DNA of 64,000 bases from positions 10,321,774 through 10,385,773 of the forward strand of contig OZ316894.1 of NCBI GenBank assembly GCA_973895155.1, written 5' to 3'. Under the pieces are notes generated by a model. That model was not told where the DNA came from, did no database searches, and worked only from the letters and a program-made list of their open reading frames with translations. Made by a program: the position numbers and the translations under genes. This DNA comes from Marsupella aquatica (taxonomy: Eukaryota; Plantae; Marchantiophyta). Positions 50,401-61,579 of this stretch are shown here, piece by piece. Position 1 is the stretch's first letter, and the number at the start of each line of letters is the position of its first letter.

Positions 50401-53030
50401 GGTGTTTCACTACCTCTTGGAGAGCCAAAACAAGGTTTCCTTTGCCTTTGGATCAATGAAATTCAACCATGGTGACACTTTTGGCAAGTCACTCCAAAGC
50501 CGTATGACTTGGGAGTGATTTCCCCAAGGTTCCATCATGCCTTAAGTAAACAAAAAAATATGGCTCCAAAGTGTTCATGGTGCAGCTAGTCATTGGACAA
50601 TAGTGGGTATAGTGTCCCGCACTTAGTGGAGAGGTTGCCACCTTCATGCAGGGCCCCATGGCACACTAGGGCCCACCCAAAGCTCCTAGACCCAAAGGGT
50701 CATTTCTGCTGGTACATAATGACGATATTTGTAGTCATTGGTATTTTTGAGACAAGTATATTCATAAGTGACGGAATGAAGGCCCTAGTACCTCCAAAAA
50801 CAGCCCACTCTAGATTTCTTGCAAAAGTGGAATAAAACCCTAAACCCTTAAACCCTCATGCATATGCACCATAGAGGGAAGCACCACAACCATGCCCATT
50901 CCATTGTTGTAGCACTACCTCTTGGAGAAACAAAACAAATGGCTCCATTTGCCTTTGGAACATAAAATATTCATCCATGATGACGCTTTTGGCAAATCAC
51001 TCCAAAGTTGTATACTTGGGGGTGATTTCCCCAAAGTTGCATCAACACCTTAGGTAAACACAAAAACATGTCTCAAGATTAATGATGGGTGCAACTACTG
51101 GCTGGAGAATAGTAAGTAGAGTGTCCAGCACCTTGTGAAGGGGTTGTTGGCCCCCCATGTAGTCCCTATCCCCAAACTGGTAATTTGTGCTTCTCCTAAA
51201 TGACTGCACAAGGGACCCCTCAAATCACCACAATTCATGTCATTTGGCTTATATGACATCCAATGTGACCATTTTAATGACCCTACTTGTAGTCATTGGT
51301 ATTTATGACTGAACTTTGTTTGGAAATGATCCAATGAAGGCCCTAGTACCTCCAAAGAGAGCCCGCTCTAGATTCCTTGCAAAATTGGAATATTCCTATA
51401 ATTACCCTAAACCCGCACCCACACCATACAGGGAAGCACGACTCCCCTGCCCATTCCATTGGTGTAACACTACCTCTTGGAGAACCCAAAAACAACTTTT
51501 ATTTGCCTTTGGATGTGATGGTATGCATCCATGGTGACACTTTTGGCAAATCACTCCAAAGTCGTATGACTTGGGAGTGATTTCCCCAAAGGTGCATCAT
51601 GCCTTAAGTAAATGCAAAGACATGTGTTCAAATTGCTAATGCTGCAACTAGTGGTTGGACAATGATGAGTATAGTGTCCCGCACCCAGTGGAGGGGATCT
51701 CACCTCTATGTGGGGCCACATGGCACTCAAGGGCCCACCTCCTGCCCCTAGCCCCAAACTGGTCATTTGTGCTTTTGCTTAATGACTACACAAGGGAACC
51801 CTCAAATGACCACAACTGCAGTCATTAGATTTATATGACTTCCCATATGACAGTTGTAATGACCCTACTTGTCGTCATTGGCGTTTATGACGGTCCATTG
51901 CTCACATATGACCCAATAAAGGCCCTAGTACCTCCAAAGAGAGCCCGCTTTAGATTCCTTGCAAGGTTGGAAATTTCTCTTCCCTAAACCCGCACCCACA
52001 CCATACAGAGAAGCACGACTCCCCTGCCCATTCCATTGGTGCAGCACTACCTCTTGGAGAACCCAAAAACAACTTTTATTTGCCTTTGGATGTGATGGTA
52101 TGCATCCATGGTGACACTTTTGGCAAATCACTCCAAAGTCGTACGACTTGGGAGTGATTTCCCCAAAGGTGCATCATGCCTTAAGTAAATGCAAAGACAT
52201 GTGTTCAAATTGCTAATGCTGCAACTAGTGGTTGGACAATGATGAGTATAGTGTCCCGCACCCAGTGGAGGGGTTCTCACCTCTATGTGGGGCCACATGG
52301 CACTCTAGGGCCCACGTCCTGCCCCTAGCCCCAAACTGGTCATTTGTGCTTTTGCTTAATGACTACACAAGGGAACCCTCAAATGACCACAACTGCAGTC
52401 ATTAGACTTATATGACTTCCCATATGACAGTTGTAATGACCCTACTTGTCGTCATTGGCGTTTATGACGGTCCATTGCTCACATATGACCCAATAAAGGC
52501 CCTAGTACCTCCAAAGAGAGCCCGCTTTAGATTCCTTGCAAGGTTGGAAATTTCTCTTCCCTAAACCTGCACCCACACCATACAGAGAAGCACGACTCCC
52601 CTGCCCATTCCATTGGTGCAACACTACCTCTTGGAGAACCCAAAAACAACTTTTATTTGCCTTTGGATGTGATGGTATGCATCCATGGTGACACTTTTGG
52701 CAAATCACTCCAAAGTCATACGACTTGGGAGTGATTTTCCCAAAGGTGCATCATGCCTTAAGTAAATGCAAAGGCATGTGTTCAAATTGCTAATGCCATA
52801 ACTAGTGGTTGGACAATGATGAGTATAGTATCCCGCACACAGTGGAGGGGTTCTCACCTCTATGTAGGGCCCATGACACACTCGGGCCCACCTTAAGCTC
52901 GTAGACCAAAAATTGTCATTTATGGTGGTCCACAATGACACCATGAGGGATGTATTGAATGACAACTTATATAGTCATTTGGTCAAAATGACCTCTAATA
53001 TGACTATTGACATTATCCTTATTGCAGTCA
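47480..53030. repeat. Tandem satellite, ~575-bp monomer, ~10 copies
   Basis: Identical ORF translations 577 bp apart (51925/52502); GGCAAATCACTCCAAAG…TGGGAGTGATTT recurs once per unit. Confidence 0.93.
48889..49125. mobile_element. MITE copy 3 (internally deleted) inserted in the satellite
   Basis: TTCGGGGGTTTCAC…GTGAGACCCCCGAG; TSD GAAGACCC/GAAGGCCC. Confidence 0.88.
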
Positions 53031-54225
53031 TTGGCATTCTTCAATGACTCTACAATTATGACCGGTGTCTGGAATGACTATTAAGTATTTTAATCTTGAT
53101 ATCTCTTGGGTTCTTTAATGACTCTATAAGTAGTCATTTATGCAATAAGTTCATAATGACTGTATGTTATTGTGAACATTGATATATCATGATTTTGAGA
53201 TTGACCCTATATTTAGTCATTTATGCGACAAGTCCATAATGACAGTATGTTGTTGTAAACACTGATATATGCTAATTTCAAGATTGACCCTAGAGTTAGT
53301 CATTTATGAGAGAAGTCCATAATGACGGTATGTTGTTGTAAACACTGATATATTCTTATTTTGAGAGTGACCCTAGATTTTGTCATTTAACACCGTTGGT
53401 TAAAATGACAGAAATATATTTTTGTCATTTATCACCGTTGTCCAAAATGACCCAAATAGATTTTTGGTCATTTCAATCATTGTCCAAAGCGACTATAATG
53501 GTGCTAAACACTGATTTATCATGGTTGTTATTTATTGGGTCATTTAGGACATGTGTCTAAATTGACCATTTTAGGAAAATTGTGTCATTTTGGTCGCATC
53601 AGTCATTACAGACATTATACAAAATGACGCAAAAGTTACCATTTTGTCATTTTAGTCTATTGGTCATTGTGGACAGTCATTCTCCCGTCATTCTTTTTGT
53701 GTCATTAGAAATTTTGGTCATTGATTCATTTCCGTCATTAGATGATTGGTCATAAAGGGCCCTATTTTCTTCTAGTGGCTGTCAATACTTTGATCGTGAT
53801 TTGGCTCTCCAAATCAGGGAGAAATACTTTAGTAAGTCCTTCCAACAAAGGAAAGAGGAGGAAGTCTTGGCTATTCAGAATGCGCTCGACACATTAGAAG
53901 GGGAGAGGCTGTTAGGTGTTGAAGGCGTTCCAATCTGTTTGGAGGCATGTAAGGTGTTGCATGCCAAGAAAAAAACCCAATTCGATATTATGAAAAACAG
54001 GTTAGGGAAGGCCTTAAGATATCACAACATGGCAATCTTGGGAAGACAAGGATGTCGGAAAGAGTTTCGCAGTCGTTGATGTCAATGAAAATGATTATTG
54101 ATGAGAGTGCAGATAATCATCCTGCCAAACAGAGGACTCTGGCTGACAACTCAAGGGTTGGTCTCTGAGAGTTGCCAACAAGCCTCACTTGGGAGACAAT
54201 GAGGGAGAGGGTAAATGATATAAAC

Positions 54226-55773
54226 TGTAGTTTGCTATAGAGAACCAAAATAACTTTTTTACGTCTCTAAACTCGGTATTCGTTCCCGTTAAGAACAAGA
54301 TTGGGTTGGTTTGATGTAATAAACTAAAAATAAAGCTTTAAGTTGTTGTGTCACACATAGTAATCAATCTTGACTACTTTAATTAGGTACTTTGAAGATC
54401 GCTCCACAGCGGTGAGCAGTTTTTGATGATAACTCAACATCATATAACCATCAATTAAGCAAAAGGTTGCAATTAACAAAACACAAGGAAAAATCTCTTA
54501 GAGTATGCTTAAGGGAGTTTGGAATATACCAAGGTTACTCCTTAGACATAAGCAATAATGGAATGACTTTAAGGGAATTCAAATCCACACGGCTTTTCAG
54601 ATCTAAACTGCATACTAGAGTATCCTTTTAAAATGCCGGCAACATGTCTTGACCTTTCTTCCTAAGTGATACTTAGTCAAGATCTAAAAGGATAAATACT
54701 TCAGCATTTAGATGGTACTAAGCAACATGAAGGTGAAAACATCATTTCCAATGCAACTTAAACTCAATGGGTTAACTCTAAGAACTTGTGAGATTACAAT
54801 GTGTCACCAAAGCGGAATCTGACATTATAATTCATGAGATTCATAACTGAGGTTTTACTTCAAGTATTTGGGTTCCAAAATACAAGAAGGAGGTAAGTCC
54901 CTCCTAGGATTGCCTGCTCTGAACTTCAAAAAGTCCAAAATCACAAGGACAACACCAAGGGGCGACAAGTCATGTCTGACTTACTTACTTCTGCTTATTA
55001 GTAGTGGAAGGTACTTATAGTGAAAAACATCGAGGAAAAACCCTTGGGGGTTGAAGAGTCATGACCGTTCAAAACCCTCAAAAAGTCAAAAATGAAAACT
55101 AAGTATGAAAAGGTCTAAAACTAACTAAGTTAAGTTTACCGTAGTATCGTAAGATCGTAATTCGTAAAAGCGTAGGTTCGTAAGATCATAAGATCGTAAG
55201 ATCGTAAAGTCGTAGTCGCGGGAATTTAACGATAACCCTAAACTCAGCAAACTAAAGTATTTCTAACTTTCTAACTACAATCCAAAGTGATTGAGACTTT
55301 GCCAATGTGTTTTCCTATGTATAAGCTGTCTACTGAAAAAGACTTGATGAGTTTTGGAATCTTAAAACATGTCTAATAAAATCAAGCGGGGTACAGTAAC
55401 TGAAACTGCCTCTGACACTTTAACAAAATTGCAGGTTTGCTTCAGTCTTTTGGTTGTCGAATATCCTCTGGTTCTCTAATTTCTACTTTCCAAATAGTGC
55501 GCGTCCGAATAGCTTCCCTTACTTCATCACAGTGAGGTTGATCCCGGATGTAAGGTAGACATCTCATCTATCTTCCCCAATACATAAGTGGCATCCTTTT
55601 CTCCAAAAAGCACTGGTTGATTCTGATTGCTTCCCGTAAGATGCCTATGACATCTAAACAATTGCACGAGTTGGCGTAAAAAATGTAAGTTTAAGTGAAC
55701 TTAAACTTTAGCGACCAGAAAATTTAAAAATTTGCACTTAATCTTAGCTTTTCAAGTTTACTGTATATCCACA
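54226..55773. mobile_element. Solo LTR (~1.55 kb)
   Basis: TGT…ACA termini, 5-bp TSD TAAAC (54221-54225, 55774-55778); removal restores the transposase frame. Confidence 0.88.
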
Positions 55774-58224
55774 TAAACATTGCTCTCGGTCTAGGCCGGA
55801 TATCTCAACCGACAATGAGTTTCCTTCACCAAAAATATTTCAAAGAGGTTTTGATTCACAAGAAGGGAAACAACTTTTCAAAATGCAACACATGTAGTGA
55901 GTTGCAGCAAAGGAGGGCTCGCCTTTCTGGAGGAAAAGAGGAGTTGGAGATTTTTAGAAGAGATGAAGAGGAGCATCATGAAGATCACACACAAGGGAGA
56001 CTCTTATATCATGCATGGAGGTCGCACTCAGTTGCACATCCCAAGGAGTCAGTTTGTATAATCCATGACAAGATGGACCATTGTAAAACTGCTCTCCCCA
56101 AAATGCCATGGAATCCAAAAGATTGCGATGGGTCGATCCGACTACCAATCACTGTAACAGGTATTTTAACTCATGGTCATGGACCAAAAGCTGTGGCTCA
56201 GTATAATCTGGCTTGCTGGGCTCCAGATTCAAATGCAAGCGTTGGGTCAATTGACTCAATTCTACGGATGTTAGAAAATCCGGAACCGATGATAAATTCG
56301 CTTCGGGAGGGTCCGGATTCCACAAAGATCTTCAACAATCTTCTATGGGGGAGAACAGATGTTCTTGAGGAAGATGTGAGGAAAGCATTTAATGAAGACT
56401 CCAGTTTCATCGAAGAGCAAGGTAAGATAATTTTGAAGTTGAGAGTTTTAATGTTGTAATTATTATTAGCCATGATTGTTTTGGATAGAATTGATAGTGT
56501 AAAAAAAGGTTACTTGAAGTACACATTTTTCTAATTAAAAAAATATTTGGATTTGGAATGATGCAGCTAAGTCATCATCTTTGCCTCCGAGTCAATGTTT
56601 CAGGCCTCTCCCACGTACACTAAAATTGCAGCTTGACAACGCACCAAGTGATAACAAAAATCGATTTGTTATGGCTTATTTATCATTGTTAACAGCAAGG
56701 AAGGTCTTTGAGGAGGTACAACTTGGATTCCTTATGGTAGGGCATACTCATGAAGATGTTGATGCCATGTTTGGAAACTTTTCTGAATCTCTTATGCACA
56801 ATCCAACATGGACATTACCTGATTTGATGAGTTTATTCATGAGAGCAAGAACACCGAGTCCGGTTCCACATTTTGTACAAGAAGTACCGGATTTCAAAGG
56901 ATACGTAGAGCCTTTTTTACTGAGAGGCCCAGACTCATTGGTGGGGCATGGAAAGCCCCGCCTATTTAGATTCTATGTACGAGAGGATGGGATGCCATGC
57001 TTTCAGTATAAGCTCAAGTCCAATGATGATGTCCCATGGGTGCCAAAGGAGGGTATTGACTTGTGGTCTTGGGGAGAAGATGGATGTCCAAACCTTCCGT
57101 CTGGGATGCCAAAAAGACTTCCTATGACGGAAATAAGCATGTTGGCTGATGTTCGGGTGGGAATACAAAAACATTTGAAGTTCTTCCAATTGATCGTGGA
57201 TAGAAGTGAGACAGAGGAATTAAAAGAATCTTGGGATGATCTCATCCAATATTGGAAGGTTGTCTTAGCGACACTGGAAACAGAGGTTGTACAATATAGG
57301 CCAGAAGATGGAGAACACTTGAAAGGTGGATTTTGGCCACAGACAAATTGGAGAGACAATGTGCCTATCACTTTTCGGAATATTGCGTGTGAGTTGGATG
57401 CAAGAGAGGACTATGTTGGACTTGTGAAGAATAGGCCACGGGAAGCCTTTCAACCGAGAGTAGATATTGTGAAGGGCCATTTTATCTTGCAAAGACCAGC
57501 AACGGAGGATATAGAGAACTACCCGGTTCATTTGGGACGAGTGGTGAGCGATGTGGAAGAAGGAGAACTGAATGATGAGAACAAGCTTGAACATGTGTGT
57601 TCAGTGGAGTGGTTTCGGCCTCATATGGGCAAGAGTGAAGTGGGGCAAAAAGAAAGATGGAAAAATTGTTGGAGTAAAAATGGGAACGGGATGAACGAGA
57701 ATATCCTATGCCTCACAAAATAACCGTGAATAGTGTTTTGTGGTGTTTCAAGTCTCGAAACACTAAAACTGGTTTGGTTGGAATTCCTAAATCTGTTGTT
57801 GCTAAAGCACAAGATAATCTTGAGAGATGCAAACAAGTAGAGGCTGGCGCGGTTAACCAAGAATGAGGTCAGACCAATGCAGGGCCAAATAAAAGTACAC
57901 TTTTAATTACTTATAGGGTTTAGGGTGGATTTTGGCGATAAATCAGATGCACTCTAGCATTGCAGAGTTATGCTCAATTTAGGGTTTAATTAGGGTACAT
58001 AAATTGATGTAAATATGTATTGCACCATTTAATTACAATCATATTTATGTAAAAGTTACTTGTTGTATTCCTATAGTAAGTTGGTTTCATATGATTCTGT
58101 CCCACTATGGATGATTGTCAAAGAAATATCCCTCAAAGATCACTATTTATTCTTGGTGTGAAGTTTCATGATGTTCTAAACTTCATTGTCAATTAATTTA
58201 ATTAATTTAATTAAAGATCATAAA

Positions 58225-59097
58225 CTATAATATATTTAGAAAAAACTGGAATTTAACCAATACCCTGGTATTCACAAAATTGGGGTTCAAACAAATATGA
58301 GCACCATATAATTTGACGGCCGAGATTACATTATTGTACATGTCAACATCTGAAAATGAGACCTTAAACCCTAATCTTCTTCTCCAAAGTGGAACCTCGC
58401 CTGAGCAAAGCGTGAGATCCGCTTCTTGGGCCATCGGGGAATATGAGTGATGCTATGATCATAAGCCCACAGCCAATGGAAATCAACATCACCAGTCTCA
58501 GGGTTCACTACTGCTACTGAATACCGGCGTGACAAAATGTCACAACAAGCATTTGTGCAACATTGACACATCTCACCATTGGCAAGGACGCTCGTCCACA
58601 GGCAACATACATAGACTAACTTAAACAACTCACATAAAGGCCGGGGGGAGTTGACGAGTCCTGTATCATGAATATAGTTTCCCACCAGTATTGTCAATCA
58701 AAAACTCGGTGGCAAGAGGATTGTCTAGCTGGTCAATCGCATCCTGAATCTCATCGAATGCTCTACGTCTATTGTGGGCATAGAATTCTGGTTCATATGC
58801 AGGATTGCCCTTCACAACATGACAGCAGTGTAGTATAAAATGTTTTACTGCACCGGTTTTCAGAAAGAGCAGGATAACTCTTCTAGAAAATGCAACATAC
58901 CTATCCCACCGGATATAAATTTCTCCCTCTACCTGGTCTACGTAGAAGTGGAATGCGTTATTATAAAATGGTTTTGCGACCAGCCTGCAAATCTTTAAAA
59001 TTAGTGATTCATCCAACCTCCTTAGCTGGTCCAACATGGCGCCATTCCCCCATTCCGGAGGATCCATGAAGGGTACAAAAATGCGTCGCTTGAGCAT
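58225..59097 (-). pseudogene. Hypothetical frameshifted cargo gene (Cys-containing C-terminal part)
   Basis: Three overlapping minus-strand ORFs (58666-59097, 58371-58697, 58225-58434) with protein-like composition; unrecognised. Confidence 0.4.
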
Positions 59098-59431
59098 GGC
59101 TTGATCAGCGAATGGAAATCAGGAATAAATTTTGGAGAACATTAACTCATTCCAATTTTACAAATTTATTCCAACTTTACAGTACCTTGTATAACGTGTT
59201 GTGAAGCCAATGCACTTGTCAGCTAATCATCCATAGATGCGCACAAAACTACACTCTGGACCACACAACCCAAAGTAAGGCGAAGCAATTCAGTGTCATT
59301 TACATTCAAAGTATTTCTTTACAAGCTCTTCTCGAGCAAACCACCCACTGAAAACTATTGACTACTAAATCGACCAGAGGAATGAGGAGTGCGATAAATT
59401 TATCGGATGTTTGCAATAATGCCTCATCCAC

Positions 59432-59899
59432 TCAGACTTGTCCATGCCATGCAAGAATTGTCCGCTTCCCACTTTCTCCAAGATTCACCCAAACTCTAAG
59501 AAACGCATCTAATCGATCATACGAGAAGCACCCAAGCATATCTATGGGAGGGAGGAAATGAGTTTCCTCTCGGAAGACCCTAGCAATATGTAGGTTTGAG
59601 AGATGGTTGGCATTAGGAATGCTTGCAAGCATTTTGTTTATGTCATTAATCTCACAGATTGCGTATTTCAATAAAGCCCAAAATTGTGTACCAACAACAA
59701 GATGGTTCCATTTATTTGAGGTGGCTCCAAGACAAATGATTGTTCTCATTCGAGCCAGTCGTTCTTCGGGTAAAAGTTTTAGGCCAAGGCCAAGGTGTTC
59801 ATCTTGTGTGCAAGACAATGCCAAGAGAGGCCAAATGTGAGATTCAATGAGTTGATCAGGAAGTCCATTCAACAAACTTCTGCATTCCACACCGGACAC
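59432..59899 (-). CDS. F-box-like N-terminal motif protein
   Basis: LLNGLPDQLIESHIWPLL…LGATSNKWNHLV resembles the F-box pattern LP.E/D..I…L..VSK.W..L. Confidence 0.5.
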   Translation of the reverse strand: MSGVECRSLLNGLPDQLIESHIWPLLALSCTQDEHLGLGLKLLPEERLARMRTIICLGATSNKWNHLVVGTQFWALLKYAICEINDINKMLASIPNANHLSNLHIARVFREETHFLPPIDMLGCFSYDRLDAFLRVWVNLGESGKRTILAWHGQV

Positions 59900-60699
59900 T
59901 TTTCCTCGAATATATTTTTGACGCTCGTGGGTAATACGGATGCCATCTTAGCAACGATTAGGTTCTCCGACGTAGCCATTAAGAAGAGCTACCAAAACCA
60001 CAAATAAAAGTACCTTCAATCACCAAGTTTAACCAAAGATATCCACAGTACCAACCCTAAATGATAGTTTAAAGATTAGGACTCGGACCGTATTGTATTC
60101 GCTGCACATGGGTAGGACTTGTTTAATTAAATGTGTCCTTACAAAATGCGCCGCAATGTGAAGGTTGCAACACTCATTGTGAAAGGTTGACCCAAGGGTC
60201 CTCGTTCCAAATCTAACAACATAAGTATGCCAATTTATGGTACTTGTTGTCAAGATGACAACTGTAACAATAGTTACAAGAAAACTCCAAAGAATGGAAA
60301 CATGCCGTTAACATCAATCTCGAACGGAACTCCTGCACAATTCATTCCGCAAATTTCAATCCGGAGAGGATTCTGCCTATCTCTAGGATCAATACCACCC
60401 ATCCACAACGCTCCTACACCAATGGGGAGAACTTTGCATTGCACGAGTTTTTTGTACAACCGGCGTGCACAATTTTGAATTAAGACAGCCATTTCTCACT
60501 ATACCTGTGATCCACCGAGTGCAATTGACCTTTCGTTGTGCCTCCTAAACCCTGCAGCACTGCGACATCACAGAGGAAGATGAGTCTCCAACCAAAACAG
60601 AGGAAGATGAGTCTCATAGGAGGGTGCGATAAGTTTATCGCACCTCGCATTCACCTTGAAGACATGACTCCCTCACACACCTAAGCCCTGTAACCATCA

Positions 60700-60960
60700 A
60701 AAGAATGAGCACTCCCATAATTTTATTGGATGTCCTCTGAACCATCTTCAATCCATCACAAGAATGGAAACTCCGATAAATTTATCGGAGTCTCAAGCAA
60801 TCTTCAATCAATCACAGGAATGGTAACTCCAATAAATTTATGGGAGTCTCAAACAATCTTCAATCAATCACAGGAATGGAAACTCTGATAAATTTATTGG
60901 AGTCTCAATTAATTCTTTATCCATCAAAGGAATGAATACTCCGATAAATTTATCGGACCT
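60700..60960. repeat. 56-bp tandem repeat, each unit carrying the C palindrome
   Basis: ACTCCGATAAATTTATCGGAGT variants at ~60711, 60770, 60826, 60882 and 60938. Confidence 0.88.
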
Positions 60961-61579
60961 TGAATATAGTCTATGGAATGAATGCGCACTCCTCTAATTT
61001 TACTAGATCAAAGGAATGCAACAAGAGGAATGTAGAATGCGATAAATTTATCGCAGTCTGCTCGGATCAGGACATTGACACCAAATGACAAGTCAACCTT
61101 ACATGGATGATACTCGAACTGGAATGGTAGTTCCAATAAATTTATCGGGTTCTATGGAGAAAGAGTCAAGTCTCATGAGGGAATGATTGTAAGACTTGAT
61201 AGGAGTTCAGTAGTTGCTTTGAGTGAGGTGTTGTTTGCTCTGGTGAAAATCAACTTTTTATGGGCAGCCCGCTCCTCTTTATAAAGGGGAAGCTCTAACC
61301 ATGGTTACTTCCCCTTAACCATGGTTACTTTCCACCTTAACCCGGGTTAGTGCGTGGTTGACCCTCGATTACATGGTTTTGGACCAAGTTACTCGTAGTT
61401 TGGACTTTTTCACAGACCAAATGTAAAACCCGATGCACGTATCGCTCCCTGCATTCCCGCGGTGATGCAATGTAGGCAACTGTCTGGTGTTTTTTTGCTT
61501 TTTTGACAGTTTTATCGGAGATTGCATTGCCTTAAAAAAAAATAGAATCGGGCTAAACGAGAAGTGTGTCACACTTCTC

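Larger units (their letters stand above)
41692..53777. mobile_element. Non-autonomous CACTA element, ~12.1 kb
   Basis: CACTAGTAGAAAA… / …TTTTCTTCTAGTG termini, 3-bp TSD GCT, dense ATGAC/GTCAT subterminal repeats at both ends; no transposase seen. Confidence 0.93.
40918..57840 (+). pseudogene. DDD transposase of element B, interrupted by a CACTA and a solo LTR
   Basis: N-terminus homologous to the A transposase. YCRQKC|CQYFDRDLALQIRE and RERVNDIN|IALGLGRISQPT rejoin across the insertions. FSKCNTC, IHDKMDHCKT, LQLDNAPSDNKN and FLMVGHTHEDVDA present; intron ~56422-56566. Confidence 0.88.
690..58160. mobile_element. Putative giant element B (ParB/MTase-like/Ulp1/NIF arm at left, DDD transposase arm at right) with many nested insertions
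   Basis: Both arms share the palindrome CGGAACA-S-TGTTCCG, and the divergent gene layout mirrors element A. Weak terminal inverted similarity: CACTAATTTGAACAATAGTGTAATCTTT at 692 vs reverse complement CACCAAGAATAAATAGTGATCTTT ending ~58158. Ends are tentative. Confidence 0.45.

Noticed and set aside
48257-52965. Repeated short ORFs in the satellite
   Set aside because: By-products of the tandem monomer; frames are not conserved between units.
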